From the NCBI GenBank assembly GCA_964633865.1, contig CAZWIJ010000002.1:628-64627 (forward strand): DNA of 64,000 bases. The letters are read 5' to 3'. The number at the start of each line of letters is the position of its first letter. Position 1 is the first letter of the stretch. This DNA comes from an uncultured Candidatus Saccharibacteria bacterium. GTDB lineage: Bacteria > Patescibacteriota > Minisyncoccia > SW-4-49-11. The position numbers were made by a program, and so were the translations under genes. Positions 1 through 9,755 of this stretch are shown here, in pieces. The notes under the pieces are model-generated. The model had not been told where the DNA came from and ran no database searches. It saw nothing but the letters and a program-made list of their open reading frames with translations.

Positions 1-1
1 A

Positions 2-1612
2 AATAAAGAAGTTTTAATCTTATGCCATACTGTGGAGATCTTAGATCAACTTAGTGACAGATTAGAGAATTACTGGGAAATTAAGGTGAACAGATTTTAT
101 GGGAATAAATTAGATCATAATTCTAATTTTACCGTAGCATCTTTTCAATCCGTGCATAGCTTACTAAAAAATGGAGGTTCCATTAATTGTGATTATTTAG
201 TTGTAGATGAATCACACCATTCTAGTGCTGAGACTTATAAATCTGTGCTAAATAATATACAATCTGAATGGAGATTAGGGCTTACTGCCACTCCAAACCG
301 ATTAGATGGCAAGGATATCCGAGAACAATTTGGGGAAGAAGTTGTTAATTTAGATATTACAACTGCTATCCAAAACAATTATCTTACTCCTTGTAAGATA
401 AAAATTATGTCTTGCGATCTCACTCAAGAGAAATTAGATCTAATTCGTAAAGAATTAAGAAGAAAAGATTTTAGCTTAAAAGATCTCGATAAATTAATTT
501 TTATTAAGCAAAAATTAGAATCTGAAGCTAAAACTATTCAAGAAGAATGTGGGGATAAGCAAGCAATTATCTATTGCTCTAGTATTAACCATATTATTCA
601 ATTAGGGAAATATTTGCCAAATTCTAACTCTATTCATGTTGGAAAAGAACTCAAAGATAATCAAAGAATTCTGGAAGATTTCCGAGAAGGGAAATTTCAA
701 TTCATTCTGAGTATAAATAAGTTGAATGAAGGAATTGATATCCCTAGTGTTCCCTATGGTGTTTTTATGAGAAGCACTCAATCTGAAAGAATTGTCTTAC
801 AGCAATTAGGAAGGATTCTAAGAAAATTTGAGGGGAAAAAAGAATCTATTATCTTAGATTTTGTTTCTAACTTGAAACATCTTAAATTTTTGAGAGATTT
901 AGAGTTGAAATTTAGTCAAGTTAATAATTCTGTAGATTCTGACAGTGAGGAAGATTTTCAAACTGATATTATCATCTCTAACCAAAACCTAATTTTTGAA
1001 TGGAGTCAAGAAGTTCTAGATCTCTTAGATTTACTAGATTCTCTAGATAAATATGAGACTTTGGAAGAAAATCGAGAGGCTTGGTTAAAATTAGTGATTG
1101 AGCATAATTTGGATAATGTTATAAGAAGTTATTGTAAAAATTATAGATTAGATCCTAAGCTTTTGTGTTGGTATTCTATCAAAGATAACTTTGGGATTAC
1201 TGGTTGGAATGAATTTTTAGATCAAGTTAAATACCAATCTATTGAGGAACATCGAGAGGCTTGGCTAAAGTTAGTATCTTTACATAATTTGGAGAATAAT
1301 CGAACAAGTTATCTCAATAACTATAAACTTGATCCTAAGCTCTTATCTTTTTATGCTGTCCAAAATAAATTTGAGATTAATAGTTGGGAAGAATTTATTA
1401 CTGGTAATAAAAAAGTTAAAGTTAAAGTTAAAAAATACCAAACCCTTGAGGAACATCGAGAGGCTTGGGAAAAATTAGTGATTGAGCATAATTTGGATAC
1501 CAATATAACAAATTATCCCAAGAATTATAAACGAGATCCTAAGCTTTTGTCTTGGCAAGCTATCCTAAATAAATTTGGGATAGCTGGTTGGAAAGAATTT
1601 ATTAATTCATAA
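2..1612 (+). CDS. Superfamily II (DEAD/DEAH, ResIII-like) helicase with three C-terminal ~60-aa repeats; 5'-truncated by window edge
   Basis: Motifs VVDESHH, GLTATPNR, LNEGIDIP, QQLGRILR. The frame is open from base 2 (NKEVLILCHTVEIL, motif Ia), so the true start lies upstream of the window. Confidence 0.85.
   Translation, partial: NKEVLILCHTVEILDQLSDRLENYWEIKVNRFYGNKLDHNSNFTVASFQSVHSLLKNGGSINCDYLVVDESHHSSAETYKSVLNNIQSEWRLGLTATPNRLDGKDIREQFGEEVVNLDITTAIQNNYLTPCKIKIMSCDLTQEKLDLIRKELRRKDFSLKDLDKLIFIKQKLESEAKTIQEECGDKQAIIYCSSINHIIQLGKYLPNSNSIHVGKELKDNQRILEDFREGKFQFILSINKLNEGIDIPSVPYGVFMRSTQSERIVLQQLGRILRKFEGKKESIILDFVSNLKHLKFLRDLELKFSQVNNSVDSDSEEDFQTDIIISNQNLIFEWSQEVLDLLDLLDSLDKYETLEENREAWLKLVIEHNLDNVIRSYCKNYRLDPKLLCWYSIKDNFGITGWNEFLDQVKYQSIEEHREAWLKLVSLHNLENNRTSYLNNYKLDPKLLSFYAVQNKFEINSWEEFITGNKKVKVKVKKYQTLEEHREAWEKLVIEHNLDTNITNYPKNYKRDPKLLSWQAILNKFGIAGWKEFINS
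1048..1606 (+). repeat. Three imperfect intragenic repeats (KYxxxEExREAWxKLV..HNL...Y..NY..DPKLL......FgI..W.EF)
   Basis: Repeats are visible in the protein and in the DNA (e.g. CGAGAGGCTTGG, CATAATTTGGA, GATCCTAAGCT each three times). Confidence 0.9.
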
Positions 1613-1637
1613 ATCTTTTCACTAATTAAATATTATT

Positions 1638-1666
1638 TCTCTTCACTTAGGTGAGGGGATTTTTTT
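1638..1666 (+). terminator. Intrinsic terminator after helicase
   Basis: TCTCTTCAC-TTAG-GTGAGGGGA followed by a T-run. Confidence 0.7.
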
Positions 1667-1739
1667 ATTTAGATTCTCCATTTAAAAAATCCTATAAATA
1701 TGTTAGAATATAGTTATAAAAATTAAATAATTTATATTT

Positions 1740-2036
1740 ATGGAAAAAACAGATTTAAACAGTCTATCCAATCTATCTTATCTAAATATACCAGAACAAG
1801 ACTTTGCGAATTTTGAAAATTCATTTAATAGTATTATAGATTATATTCAGGAATTAGACTCTATTAATGTCAATACAGATGCTATCAAACCGACTTATTA
1901 TAATCAATATTTAAGAGAAGATATAGAACTAGAAGATAATTTGGCATTCGATGGAGATATAAGATCAAAAATCATAAGTGCTATGCCTCAAACAAAAGAT
2001 AATTATCTTGTTGTAAAAACTATTTTAAATAAATAA
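1740..2036 (+). CDS. gatC: Asp/Glu-tRNA amidotransferase subunit C
   Basis: 98 aa, LRED motif, C-terminal P....YLVV, directly upstream of gatA. Confidence 0.9.
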   Translation: MEKTDLNSLSNLSYLNIPEQDFANFENSFNSIIDYIQELDSINVNTDAIKPTYYNQYLREDIELEDNLAFDGDIRSKIISAMPQTKDNYLVVKTILNK

Positions 2037-2038
2037 TT

Positions 2039-3478
2039 ATGTCACAAATTAACTCCATAACCGAACTCCATAAAGCTTATATAGATAAAGAAATTAAACC
2101 TTCTGAATTTATTTCAGATATTATCAATAAAATTGAAGAAAAAAATCCAAAACTAAATGCATATTTATCAGTATTTAAAGAAGAAGCTATAGAAAAATCT
2201 TTAATTTTAGATAAAAAAATTTCTAATAATCAAGATATATCTCTTTTGGAAGGAGTTCCTATTTCTATCAAAGATGCTATTTTAGTAGAAGGTCACAAAG
2301 TCACATCTTCTTCAAAAATTTTGGAAGATTATACTGCTGTTTATGATGCTACTGTTATCCGAAAACTAAAAGAAAAAGGTGTTATCTTGATGGGAAAAAC
2401 TAATCTTGATGAATTTGCTATGGGATCTTCTACAGAGAATTCTGCTTTTGGGCCAACCTTAAATCCAGTTGATGAGTCAAGAGTACCAGGAGGTTCATCT
2501 GGAGGTTCTGCCTCTAGTGTCAAAGCAGGATTATGTCTAGCTTCTCTTGGATCAGATACAGGAGGTTCTATAAGACAACCAGCTGCTCTTACCGGTATTG
2601 TCGGATTAAAGCCTACTTATGGTAGAGTTTCAAGATTTGGGTTGATAGCAATGGCATCTTCGCTAGATCAAATCGGACCTTTTACCAATAATATTTTGGA
2701 CTCTGCTTATATCCTAGAAGCAATTGAGGGAAAAGATTCAATGGATGCAACTTCTGTAGAATTAACTTTGGATCAAAAATTAAATTTTGACACCATTCAG
2801 AATAAATCTATACAAGGAATGACTATTGGATTACCAAAAGAATACTTTATTGATGGAATTAGTCCTGAGATAAAAGAGGCTATCAATAATACAATTGAGC
2901 AATATAAATCTTTGGGGGTTAATTTTAAAGAAATTTCTCTCCCCTACTCAAAATATGCAATTCCTACTTATTATATTCTTATGCCAGCCGAGGTAAGCAC
3001 AAATCTTGCTCGCTTTGATGGGATTAGATATGGATTATCTGAATTTGAAAAATCAAAAGATTTAAGAGATTTATATTTTGATAGTAGAACCAAGGGATTT
3101 GGTAAAGAATCTATGAGAAGAATTATGCTAGGATCTTATGTATTATCTAGCGGATATTATGATGCATATTATTCCAAAGCAAAAAAAATTCAATCTTTGA
3201 TCAAACAAGATTTTGATAAAGCATTTTCGGAAGTAGATGCTATCTTGACTCCGACTACACCAAACACAGCCTTCAAATTAGGTGAAAAAACTAATGATCC
3301 ATTAGCAATGTACTTGGAAGATATTTTTACGGTGGCTACTAATATTGCTGGTATTCCTGGTATTTCAATTCCAACTAAAACAAATTCAGGCCTACCGATT
3401 GGATTTCAGTTAATGACAAAACATTTTGATGAGAATACCCTACTTCAAATTGGACATAATATAGAAAAAATTTTATAA
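2039..3478 (+). CDS. gatA: Asp/Glu-tRNA amidotransferase subunit A
   Basis: Amidase signature GGSSGGS...GSDTGGSIRQPA; GYYDAYY. Confidence 0.97.
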   Translation: MSQINSITELHKAYIDKEIKPSEFISDIINKIEEKNPKLNAYLSVFKEEAIEKSLILDKKISNNQDISLLEGVPISIKDAILVEGHKVTSSSKILEDYTAVYDATVIRKLKEKGVILMGKTNLDEFAMGSSTENSAFGPTLNPVDESRVPGGSSGGSASSVKAGLCLASLGSDTGGSIRQPAALTGIVGLKPTYGRVSRFGLIAMASSLDQIGPFTNNILDSAYILEAIEGKDSMDATSVELTLDQKLNFDTIQNKSIQGMTIGLPKEYFIDGISPEIKEAINNTIEQYKSLGVNFKEISLPYSKYAIPTYYILMPAEVSTNLARFDGIRYGLSEFEKSKDLRDLYFDSRTKGFGKESMRRIMLGSYVLSSGYYDAYYSKAKKIQSLIKQDFDKAFSEVDAILTPTTPNTAFKLGEKTNDPLAMYLEDIFTVATNIAGIPGISIPTKTNSGLPIGFQLMTKHFDENTLLQIGHNIEKIL

Positions 3479-3488
3479 AGCTAAATAT

Positions 3489-4010
3489 ATGTGGGCAGAA
3501 TTTATTTTAATCTTAGAAACAACGGTTTTTATCTTAAAAATAATTTCTGCTATTGTTTCTATTATAATGCTAGTTTTAATTGTATGGTTAATAAAAGAAA
3601 CAAATTTTTATGAAAGTAAGATCAAAAAAATATTCTTTACATATAAAGAAGCTAAGTCTTCTGAATTAGAAATCAAAAATAATGAGTTCAAAAAATTTAT
3701 CCAAGAAAAATGGGCTGAAATCAAGGCTCAATCTACAAAAGGAGATATGGTTCATTGGAAACTTTCTATTATTGAAGCTGATAAATTAATTGATACTGTT
3801 CTAAAAGAACTTGGATTTATTGGGAATACTATGGGAGAAAGATTAAAGACAGTCACCGAAAAAGATCTCCCCTCCATAAATAGTCTTTGGCAAGTTCATA
3901 ATCTAAGAAATAATCTGGTTCATACTTCCGACTTTAATATAAATAAAAGTCAAGCTGAAAAGGCTATCTCAATTTTTGAAAAAGCATTAAAAGAGTTTAA
4001 AGTTATATAA
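3489..4010 (+). CDS. Conserved hypothetical membrane-anchored protein (HEPN-like RNxxxH C-terminus)
   Basis: N-terminal TM, IIEADKL, G.TMGERLK, HNLRNNLVH. Confidence 0.6.
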   Translation: MWAEFILILETTVFILKIISAIVSIIMLVLIVWLIKETNFYESKIKKIFFTYKEAKSSELEIKNNEFKKFIQEKWAEIKAQSTKGDMVHWKLSIIEADKLIDTVLKELGFIGNTMGERLKTVTEKDLPSINSLWQVHNLRNNLVHTSDFNINKSQAEKAISIFEKALKEFKVI

Positions 4011-4011
4011 T

Positions 4012-4446
4012 ATGTATTATAACACTGACTCATATTCTGGAGAAGACTTTATTATAAAACACTATATAATTTCTTTACTTGTTGCAAGTGCTATTTTTAT
4101 ATGGACCGCTATACCTATTGTTCAAGAAGCTTATAAATTAATTTATATTTATACAAATTATAATGAGACTTCTGGAGATATAACAAAAGAAGAATATGGA
4201 CGACTGACTACTTGTTATTATAAATATACAGTCAAAGATATAATTTATGAAGGGAAATATACTGTTGGTGGTTCTTGTCCACATTCTTTTGAAGAAACTG
4301 TAGTTTCTTATAATAATCAAAATCCTAAAATATCAATATTAAAAGGTGAAATGCTTGTACATATATACTTAGTAGGGTTAGTAATAAATATATCTATGTT
4401 ATTCCTTATACTTAATATAATAAGTTATAGAATAAAGTATTATTAG
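4012..4446 (+). CDS. Membrane protein, DUF3592-like
   Basis: Two TM segments flanking Y.YTV....Y...V.Y...NP..S. Confidence 0.55.
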   Translation: MYYNTDSYSGEDFIIKHYIISLLVASAIFIWTAIPIVQEAYKLIYIYTNYNETSGDITKEEYGRLTTCYYKYTVKDIIYEGKYTVGGSCPHSFEETVVSYNNQNPKISILKGEMLVHIYLVGLVINISMLFLILNIISYRIKYY

Positions 4447-4508
4447 TACAACCACTTGCATAACTAACCTTTTTTTGGTAATATATTATATGTAAAGTAT
4501 GTATTGAT

Positions 4509-4583
4509 GGTGTCTATAGTTTAATGGTAAAACATCGGGTTGTGGTTCCGACGTTACGGGTTCAATTCCCGTTAGACACCCCA
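4509..4583 (+). tRNA. tRNA-His (GTG)
   Basis: Cloverleaf with G-1, acceptor GGTGTCTA/TAGACACC, anticodon arm TCGGG-TTGTGGT-TCCGA, GGTTCAATTCC T-loop, encoded CCA. Confidence 0.95.
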
Positions 4584-4607
4584 ATGTATATTTTAAAATT
4601 AGAATAA

Positions 4608-5750
4608 ATGAAAAAAATAGGGATAGATGCAAGGTTTTTCGGTACAATAGGAAAAGGATTAGGAAGATATACCCAAAAATTAATTGAAGAATTAGAAAAA
4701 ACAGATAAAGATAATCTTTATTTTATTTTTATTAGAAAAGAAAATTTTGATGAATATATTCCACAAAACCCTAATTTTACCAAAGTTTTAGCTGATATAT
4801 CTTGGTATTCTTTGGAAGAGCAGATTAAAATGACTATTCTTTTAAATAGATATAATTTGGATTTAGTTCATTTTCCACACTTTAATGTTCCTTTATTTTA
4901 TAGAAAAGATTATGTGGTCACTATCCATGATTTAATTTTGATAGAATACCCTACAAGAAAAGCTTCTAAGCTAAATTCTTTTATGTATTATTTTAAAAAT
5001 TTAGTTTATAAAATTGTTATTAGAAATGCTATATTTACTTCCAAAAAAGTTATAACTATTTCAAAATACACGGAAAAATCTATCCTAAAAAATTTTAATA
5101 TAAAAAAATCTAAAATTAATATGATCTATGAAGGAGTAGATTTAGAAAAATTCAATCTCCAAAATGAAGAAGAATTTGATTATAAAAAATTTAATATAGA
5201 AAAAAATAATTTCTTATTATATGTAGGAAATGCCTATCCTCATAAAAATATAGATGGATTAATATTAGCATTTAAAAAATTAATTCAATCCAAAGACATT
5301 AACCCTAATTTAAAACTACTTTTAATTGGCAAACATGATTATTTTTATAAACAAATTATTCAATTAGTAAAGAAAAATGATTTACAAGAAAGAGTAATTT
5401 TACCCGGATTTGTAAATGACAATCAATTAATTTCATTATTCCATAACTGTAAACTTTATATTTTTCCTAGTTTTTATGAAGGATTTGGATTACCTCCATT
5501 AGAAGCTCTTGCTCTTGATGCCAAATTAGTCTTATCTAATGCCACTTGCTTACCTGAAATATTTGAAGACTCAGCCACTTATTTTGATCCGAATAATGAA
5601 CCTAGTATTATTAAAGCTATTAAAGAATCCCTAACCACCAATAAAAAGCTAGACCCGATTATTAAAAATAAAATTTTGAATAAATATTCTTGGGAAGATA
5701 TGGCAGAAAGAACAAAAACAGTGTATAATAAAATAAGAGAAATCAATTAA
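4608..5750 (+). CDS. Glycosyltransferase family 4 (GT-B)
   Basis: IGIDAR...GLGRY, VVTIHDL, PSFYEGFGLPPLEA. Confidence 0.92.
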   Translation: MKKIGIDARFFGTIGKGLGRYTQKLIEELEKTDKDNLYFIFIRKENFDEYIPQNPNFTKVLADISWYSLEEQIKMTILLNRYNLDLVHFPHFNVPLFYRKDYVVTIHDLILIEYPTRKASKLNSFMYYFKNLVYKIVIRNAIFTSKKVITISKYTEKSILKNFNIKKSKINMIYEGVDLEKFNLQNEEEFDYKKFNIEKNNFLLYVGNAYPHKNIDGLILAFKKLIQSKDINPNLKLLLIGKHDYFYKQIIQLVKKNDLQERVILPGFVNDNQLISLFHNCKLYIFPSFYEGFGLPPLEALALDAKLVLSNATCLPEIFEDSATYFDPNNEPSIIKAIKESLTTNKKLDPIIKNKILNKYSWEDMAERTKTVYNKIREIN

Positions 5751-5765
5751 CATAAAATAGTATTT

Positions 5766-8360
5766 ATGATAAAAAAGTCTTCCAATATAGTTAATTTAAA
5801 GGAAGTTTATCAAGAAAAGTTAAATCAACAAAGATCTAAATTAACAGCATTAAACTTAAAAGAACTAAAACCTAAACTACCTTCTCAAAAAAAAGAAATT
5901 GAAGAAAGTAAGTCTTTTGATTTTACAGAAAATAATAATACCACTAAGGATGTATACGAAATAAATACTGAATTTGAAATAGATTTAAATTATGATATAA
6001 ATTTCGATCTTAATTTAGAGAAAGATTTCATAGATAATGAAAATTTAAATATCACCCCGAATCAAACAATAACTCCTACTATATTCGAAGAAGAAGTTAT
6101 TCCAGAGAAAATAATTCCTACTCCACAGATAGAACAACCTCCTATAATTAATCCAAAACATCCAATATTTAAAAAATTTGATTTTTCTTTTTATATCCAA
6201 AAGTTTAATTTTTTTAAAAATACAATCTCTCCAATATACCAAAAATTATTTCATCAATCACAGAATAATTTTAATCTAAAAAAGAACGGTTTATCTTTTA
6301 TACCAATAGAAAATAAATATAATTTTGAATTTAATGACATCAAAAAACAATATAAAACTAGATTTTCATTAAATGATTTTACATCATATGTTCAAAATTT
6401 ATCATTTTTATACCCTAAAAATAAAAAAGTTGCTATATCTTTTTTATCAATTACATTATTAACTAGCTTTTCATTCCCTAGCTTCAAATTAATGTATGAT
6501 GGATTAACTGTTAAAGATAATATTAATCTACAAATCGCAGCTAGTAAAGAGCTTTTTTCTAGAACAAATGATAATACCGATTTATATCTAACCCAAAATC
6601 TATTAGCTCTATCAAATGGACTAGATAAAACATCTAACGATATTGACTTATTACAAGGAAATCTATCTGGTATAATAAATTTATTACCTATACTATCTAG
6701 TGTTGGTGCTGGTGAAGAAGTATCTAAAGATCTTGCTAAAATTGCTTCACTATCAGCGGAATTATCAATAGCCATCAAACCATTGCTAGAAGAAAATTTT
6801 GATATGTTTGATATGAAAAATGCTAACACTACTACTGATACCATAAAAAAAACAAAATATATCTCTAAACAAATTCATGAAGAATTAAAATCACTAGAAA
6901 AAAACATGTCTAAAATAAATACTTCTGTCCTCCCAAAATCCAGTGTAGATGAAATAATATCAACAAAAAAAGCTTTACCTATAATTATAGATTTAACATC
7001 TGATACTGACAAATACTTTGATCTATTGCTAAATTTTATTGGTGAGAAAAGAGAAAAAAACTATTTATTTATTTTCCAAAACAACCAAGAATTAAGACCT
7101 ACTGGTGGATTTATAGGTAGTTATGGATTAGTCAAATTAGATCGTGGAATAATAAAAAAACTAGATATAAAAGAAATTTATAGTGCTGATGGGCAATTAT
7201 CCAAACAAATATTGTCCCCCACTCCTCTTCAAGAATTAAGCCAAAGATGGTTTTTCAGAGACTCCAATTGGTTTGCTGATTTTTCTTTAAGTTCAGATAA
7301 AATGATGAGATTTTATGAACAATCAGGTGGAATATCTACAGAGGGAGTTTTATCAATAACTCCAACTATTATAGAGAGAATTTTAAAAATTACTGGGCCT
7401 ATAACTTTAGAAAAATATAATGTAACAATATCTTCTGAAAATTTTATTGAGATAACTCAATTTCAAACAGTTCAAGAGAATGCTTTAGAATATAATAAAC
7501 CAAAGCAATTCTTGGCAGATTTAGCTCCTGTTCTTTTAAAAAAAATTATATCTTTAGAAATACCAAAACTAATTGAAGTCTCAGAGGTATTAAAACAAGG
7601 TATTCAAGAACGACTTATATTAGCTAACTTCAAAGATGAGGATTTACAAAACTTTGTAGAAGAGATCAATATGTCTGGCTCATTATATGATACAAAAAAA
7701 GATTATTTATCAGTAGTTAATACCAATCTAGGAGGATATAAAACTGATGGAGTCATAGATAATAATATAAAAATTGAAACAAGAATTGAAGAAAATGGAG
7801 CTATAATCAATAAAGTATCCATAAAAAGAAGTCACAACGGTGGCGATAAACAATATAAATGGTGGAATGTCCCTAATATTAATTATCTTAGATTGTATGT
7901 TCCTAAAGGAGCAAAAATTATAAAAGCAGAAGGATTTGAGGAAAGAGAAAAAGTTCAACTACCAGAATATACTAAAGATTATACTATAGATAAAGATCTA
8001 GAAGAGATTTATAAATCTGAAAAATTCATAGAAGAATTTAATATTACAGAAAGTATAGAATCTAATAAAACTGTATTTGGTGGTTGGAAAACTACAGGAA
8101 CTAAACAAACATCGGAAGTAAGTATAGAATATGAATTACCTTTCAAATTAAAAAAGAAAGATCTATATTCAATAATATTACAAAAACAAGCTGGAGATAT
8201 TAGATCTAAATACAATCAAAATATTGTATTAGATCCTAGCATAAAATTATCTTGGAGGAAATCGGCTGATGAAATATCAATCAACAAAAATAATATAAAT
8301 ATTAAAGAAAGTTTATTTAATAAAGATAAATTTTTAGTACTTGAATTGGATAGAAAATAA
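5766..8360 (+). CDS. DUF4012 domain protein
   Basis: FQNNQELRPTGGFIGSYG, FRDSNWFADF, YLRLYVPKG, QKQAG; low-complexity N-terminus plus TM. Confidence 0.85.
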   Translation: MIKKSSNIVNLKEVYQEKLNQQRSKLTALNLKELKPKLPSQKKEIEESKSFDFTENNNTTKDVYEINTEFEIDLNYDINFDLNLEKDFIDNENLNITPNQTITPTIFEEEVIPEKIIPTPQIEQPPIINPKHPIFKKFDFSFYIQKFNFFKNTISPIYQKLFHQSQNNFNLKKNGLSFIPIENKYNFEFNDIKKQYKTRFSLNDFTSYVQNLSFLYPKNKKVAISFLSITLLTSFSFPSFKLMYDGLTVKDNINLQIAASKELFSRTNDNTDLYLTQNLLALSNGLDKTSNDIDLLQGNLSGIINLLPILSSVGAGEEVSKDLAKIASLSAELSIAIKPLLEENFDMFDMKNANTTTDTIKKTKYISKQIHEELKSLEKNMSKINTSVLPKSSVDEIISTKKALPIIIDLTSDTDKYFDLLLNFIGEKREKNYLFIFQNNQELRPTGGFIGSYGLVKLDRGIIKKLDIKEIYSADGQLSKQILSPTPLQELSQRWFFRDSNWFADFSLSSDKMMRFYEQSGGISTEGVLSITPTIIERILKITGPITLEKYNVTISSENFIEITQFQTVQENALEYNKPKQFLADLAPVLLKKIISLEIPKLIEVSEVLKQGIQERLILANFKDEDLQNFVEEINMSGSLYDTKKDYLSVVNTNLGGYKTDGVIDNNIKIETRIEENGAIINKVSIKRSHNGGDKQYKWWNVPNINYLRLYVPKGAKIIKAEGFEEREKVQLPEYTKDYTIDKDLEEIYKSEKFIEEFNITESIESNKTVFGGWKTTGTKQTSEVSIEYELPFKLKKKDLYSIILQKQAGDIRSKYNQNIVLDPSIKLSWRKSADEISINKNNINIKESLFNKDKFLVLELDRK

Positions 8361-8370
8361 TTTATAGATT

Positions 8371-9321
8371 ATGAATGATTTAATCAAAGAAAATATTAAT
8401 TTAGCTAATTATTCCACATTTAAAATTGGTGGTGATGCTAAATTTTTTGCTATTATAAATAATATAGATGATTTGGTGAAAGCTATTCGATTTAGCAGAG
8501 AAAAAAATATACATACAGCAATTATTGGAGCTGGATGCAATCTTGTTATTGATGACTCTGGAATTGATGGTTTAGTTTTAAAAATGAATATGCAAGGAGT
8601 AGAAGTTATAGATAAAACTTTAATTGCAGAAGCTGGAATATCATTTAGTTCTTTAGTAGGTAGAGCTCATTCTAAAAATCTAGTTGGGTTAGAATGGATG
8701 GCATCAGTTCCATCTAGCTTAGGTGGAGGAATACGAGGAAATGCTGGAGCTTTTGGAGGTGAAACAAAAGATTTACTAAAATCTATAGTGGTTTATCGCG
8801 AAGATAAAATACAAGAAATTGATTCTTCTGAATTCAAGTTCAATTATAGATATTCTACTTTTAAAGAAATTGATAATAAAGACATTATTCTTGGTGGTAA
8901 ATTCGAACTTAGAGCTGGAGATATTAAGGAAGCTAGACAAAATGTAGTCTCCTTTATAACAAAAAAAAGAGAATCTCAACCAACTGGATTTGCTTGTTCT
9001 GGTTGTATTTTTAAAAATTATCAGAAAGAAATTTTGGATAAAAATATTTTAGATAAATATCCTGAAATAATAGAGTTTAATAAAAAGAAGATAATTCCAG
9101 CTGGTTACTTGATTGAAAAAGTAGGACTCAAAGGTTATCAAATTGGATACTGCCAAATTAGTGAAAAACATGCAAACTACATTTTAAATCTAGAAAATAA
9201 AACCTCTTACTCTGATTTAGTTAAACTAATTGAATTGATAAAAGATAGTGTTTATAATGAATTTAGAGTAAATATAGAAGAAGAAGTATCTTATTTACAT
9301 AAACAACTTAAGTTTTATTAA
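8371..9321 (+). CDS. murB: UDP-N-acetylmuramate dehydrogenase
   Basis: TFKIGG, GNAGAFG, SGCIFKN, SEKHAN. Confidence 0.95.
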   Translation: MNDLIKENINLANYSTFKIGGDAKFFAIINNIDDLVKAIRFSREKNIHTAIIGAGCNLVIDDSGIDGLVLKMNMQGVEVIDKTLIAEAGISFSSLVGRAHSKNLVGLEWMASVPSSLGGGIRGNAGAFGGETKDLLKSIVVYREDKIQEIDSSEFKFNYRYSTFKEIDNKDIILGGKFELRAGDIKEARQNVVSFITKKRESQPTGFACSGCIFKNYQKEILDKNILDKYPEIIEFNKKKIIPAGYLIEKVGLKGYQIGYCQISEKHANYILNLENKTSYSDLVKLIELIKDSVYNEFRVNIEEEVSYLHKQLKFY

Positions 9322-9328
9322 AAATAAA

Positions 9329-9357
9329 AGCCCTACACTTTAAGTAAATGTAGGGCT
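9329..9357. terminator. Hairpin between convergent murB and small ORF (bidirectional terminator)
   Basis: AGCCCTACA...TGTAGGGCT inverted repeat. Confidence 0.65.
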
Positions 9358-9366
9358 AAAATTTGA

Positions 9367-9612
9367 TTATTTTACAGTATCATCAATGATAATAATACCA
9401 TTATTGTTGTCTGCAACAAATTTGTCACAGACTGGATTGGACTCGTTATATAATTGGTAGTAACGAGCACAACCATAACTGATTGCATCAAATTGGCTCT
9501 TATTGTAGACAACTTTTTCTTCTGAAGAAGAAATTTGATTAGAAAAAACTACAGTGTCAATAATCTCAAATACCTTAGTATTGAGAACAAACAAATAAAG
9601 TAATAGATCCAT
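9367..9612 (-). CDS. Small hypothetical protein (81 aa)
   Basis: ATG start, its own consensus promoter upstream and a terminator downstream; two Cys. Confidence 0.5.
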   Translation of the reverse strand: MDLLLYLFVLNTKVFEIIDTVVFSNQISSSEEKVVYNKSQFDAISYGCARYYQLYNESNPVCDKFVADNNNGIIIIDDTVK

Positions 9613-9644
9613 AGTCTATTTATGTTTTGATAAATTACATTTTC

Positions 9645-9673
9645 ATTATATATTAGTATATTATTTTTGTCAA
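9645..9673 (-). promoter_or_regulatory. sigma70 promoter of the small ORF
   Basis: TTGACA-N17-TATAAT on the minus strand. Confidence 0.6.
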
Positions 9674-9755
9674 TCTTATGTACGAGATGAATACATAAAC
9701 TTTATAAATCAACTCATATATGATATAATAAAATATATTTAAATAAATAAACTTT

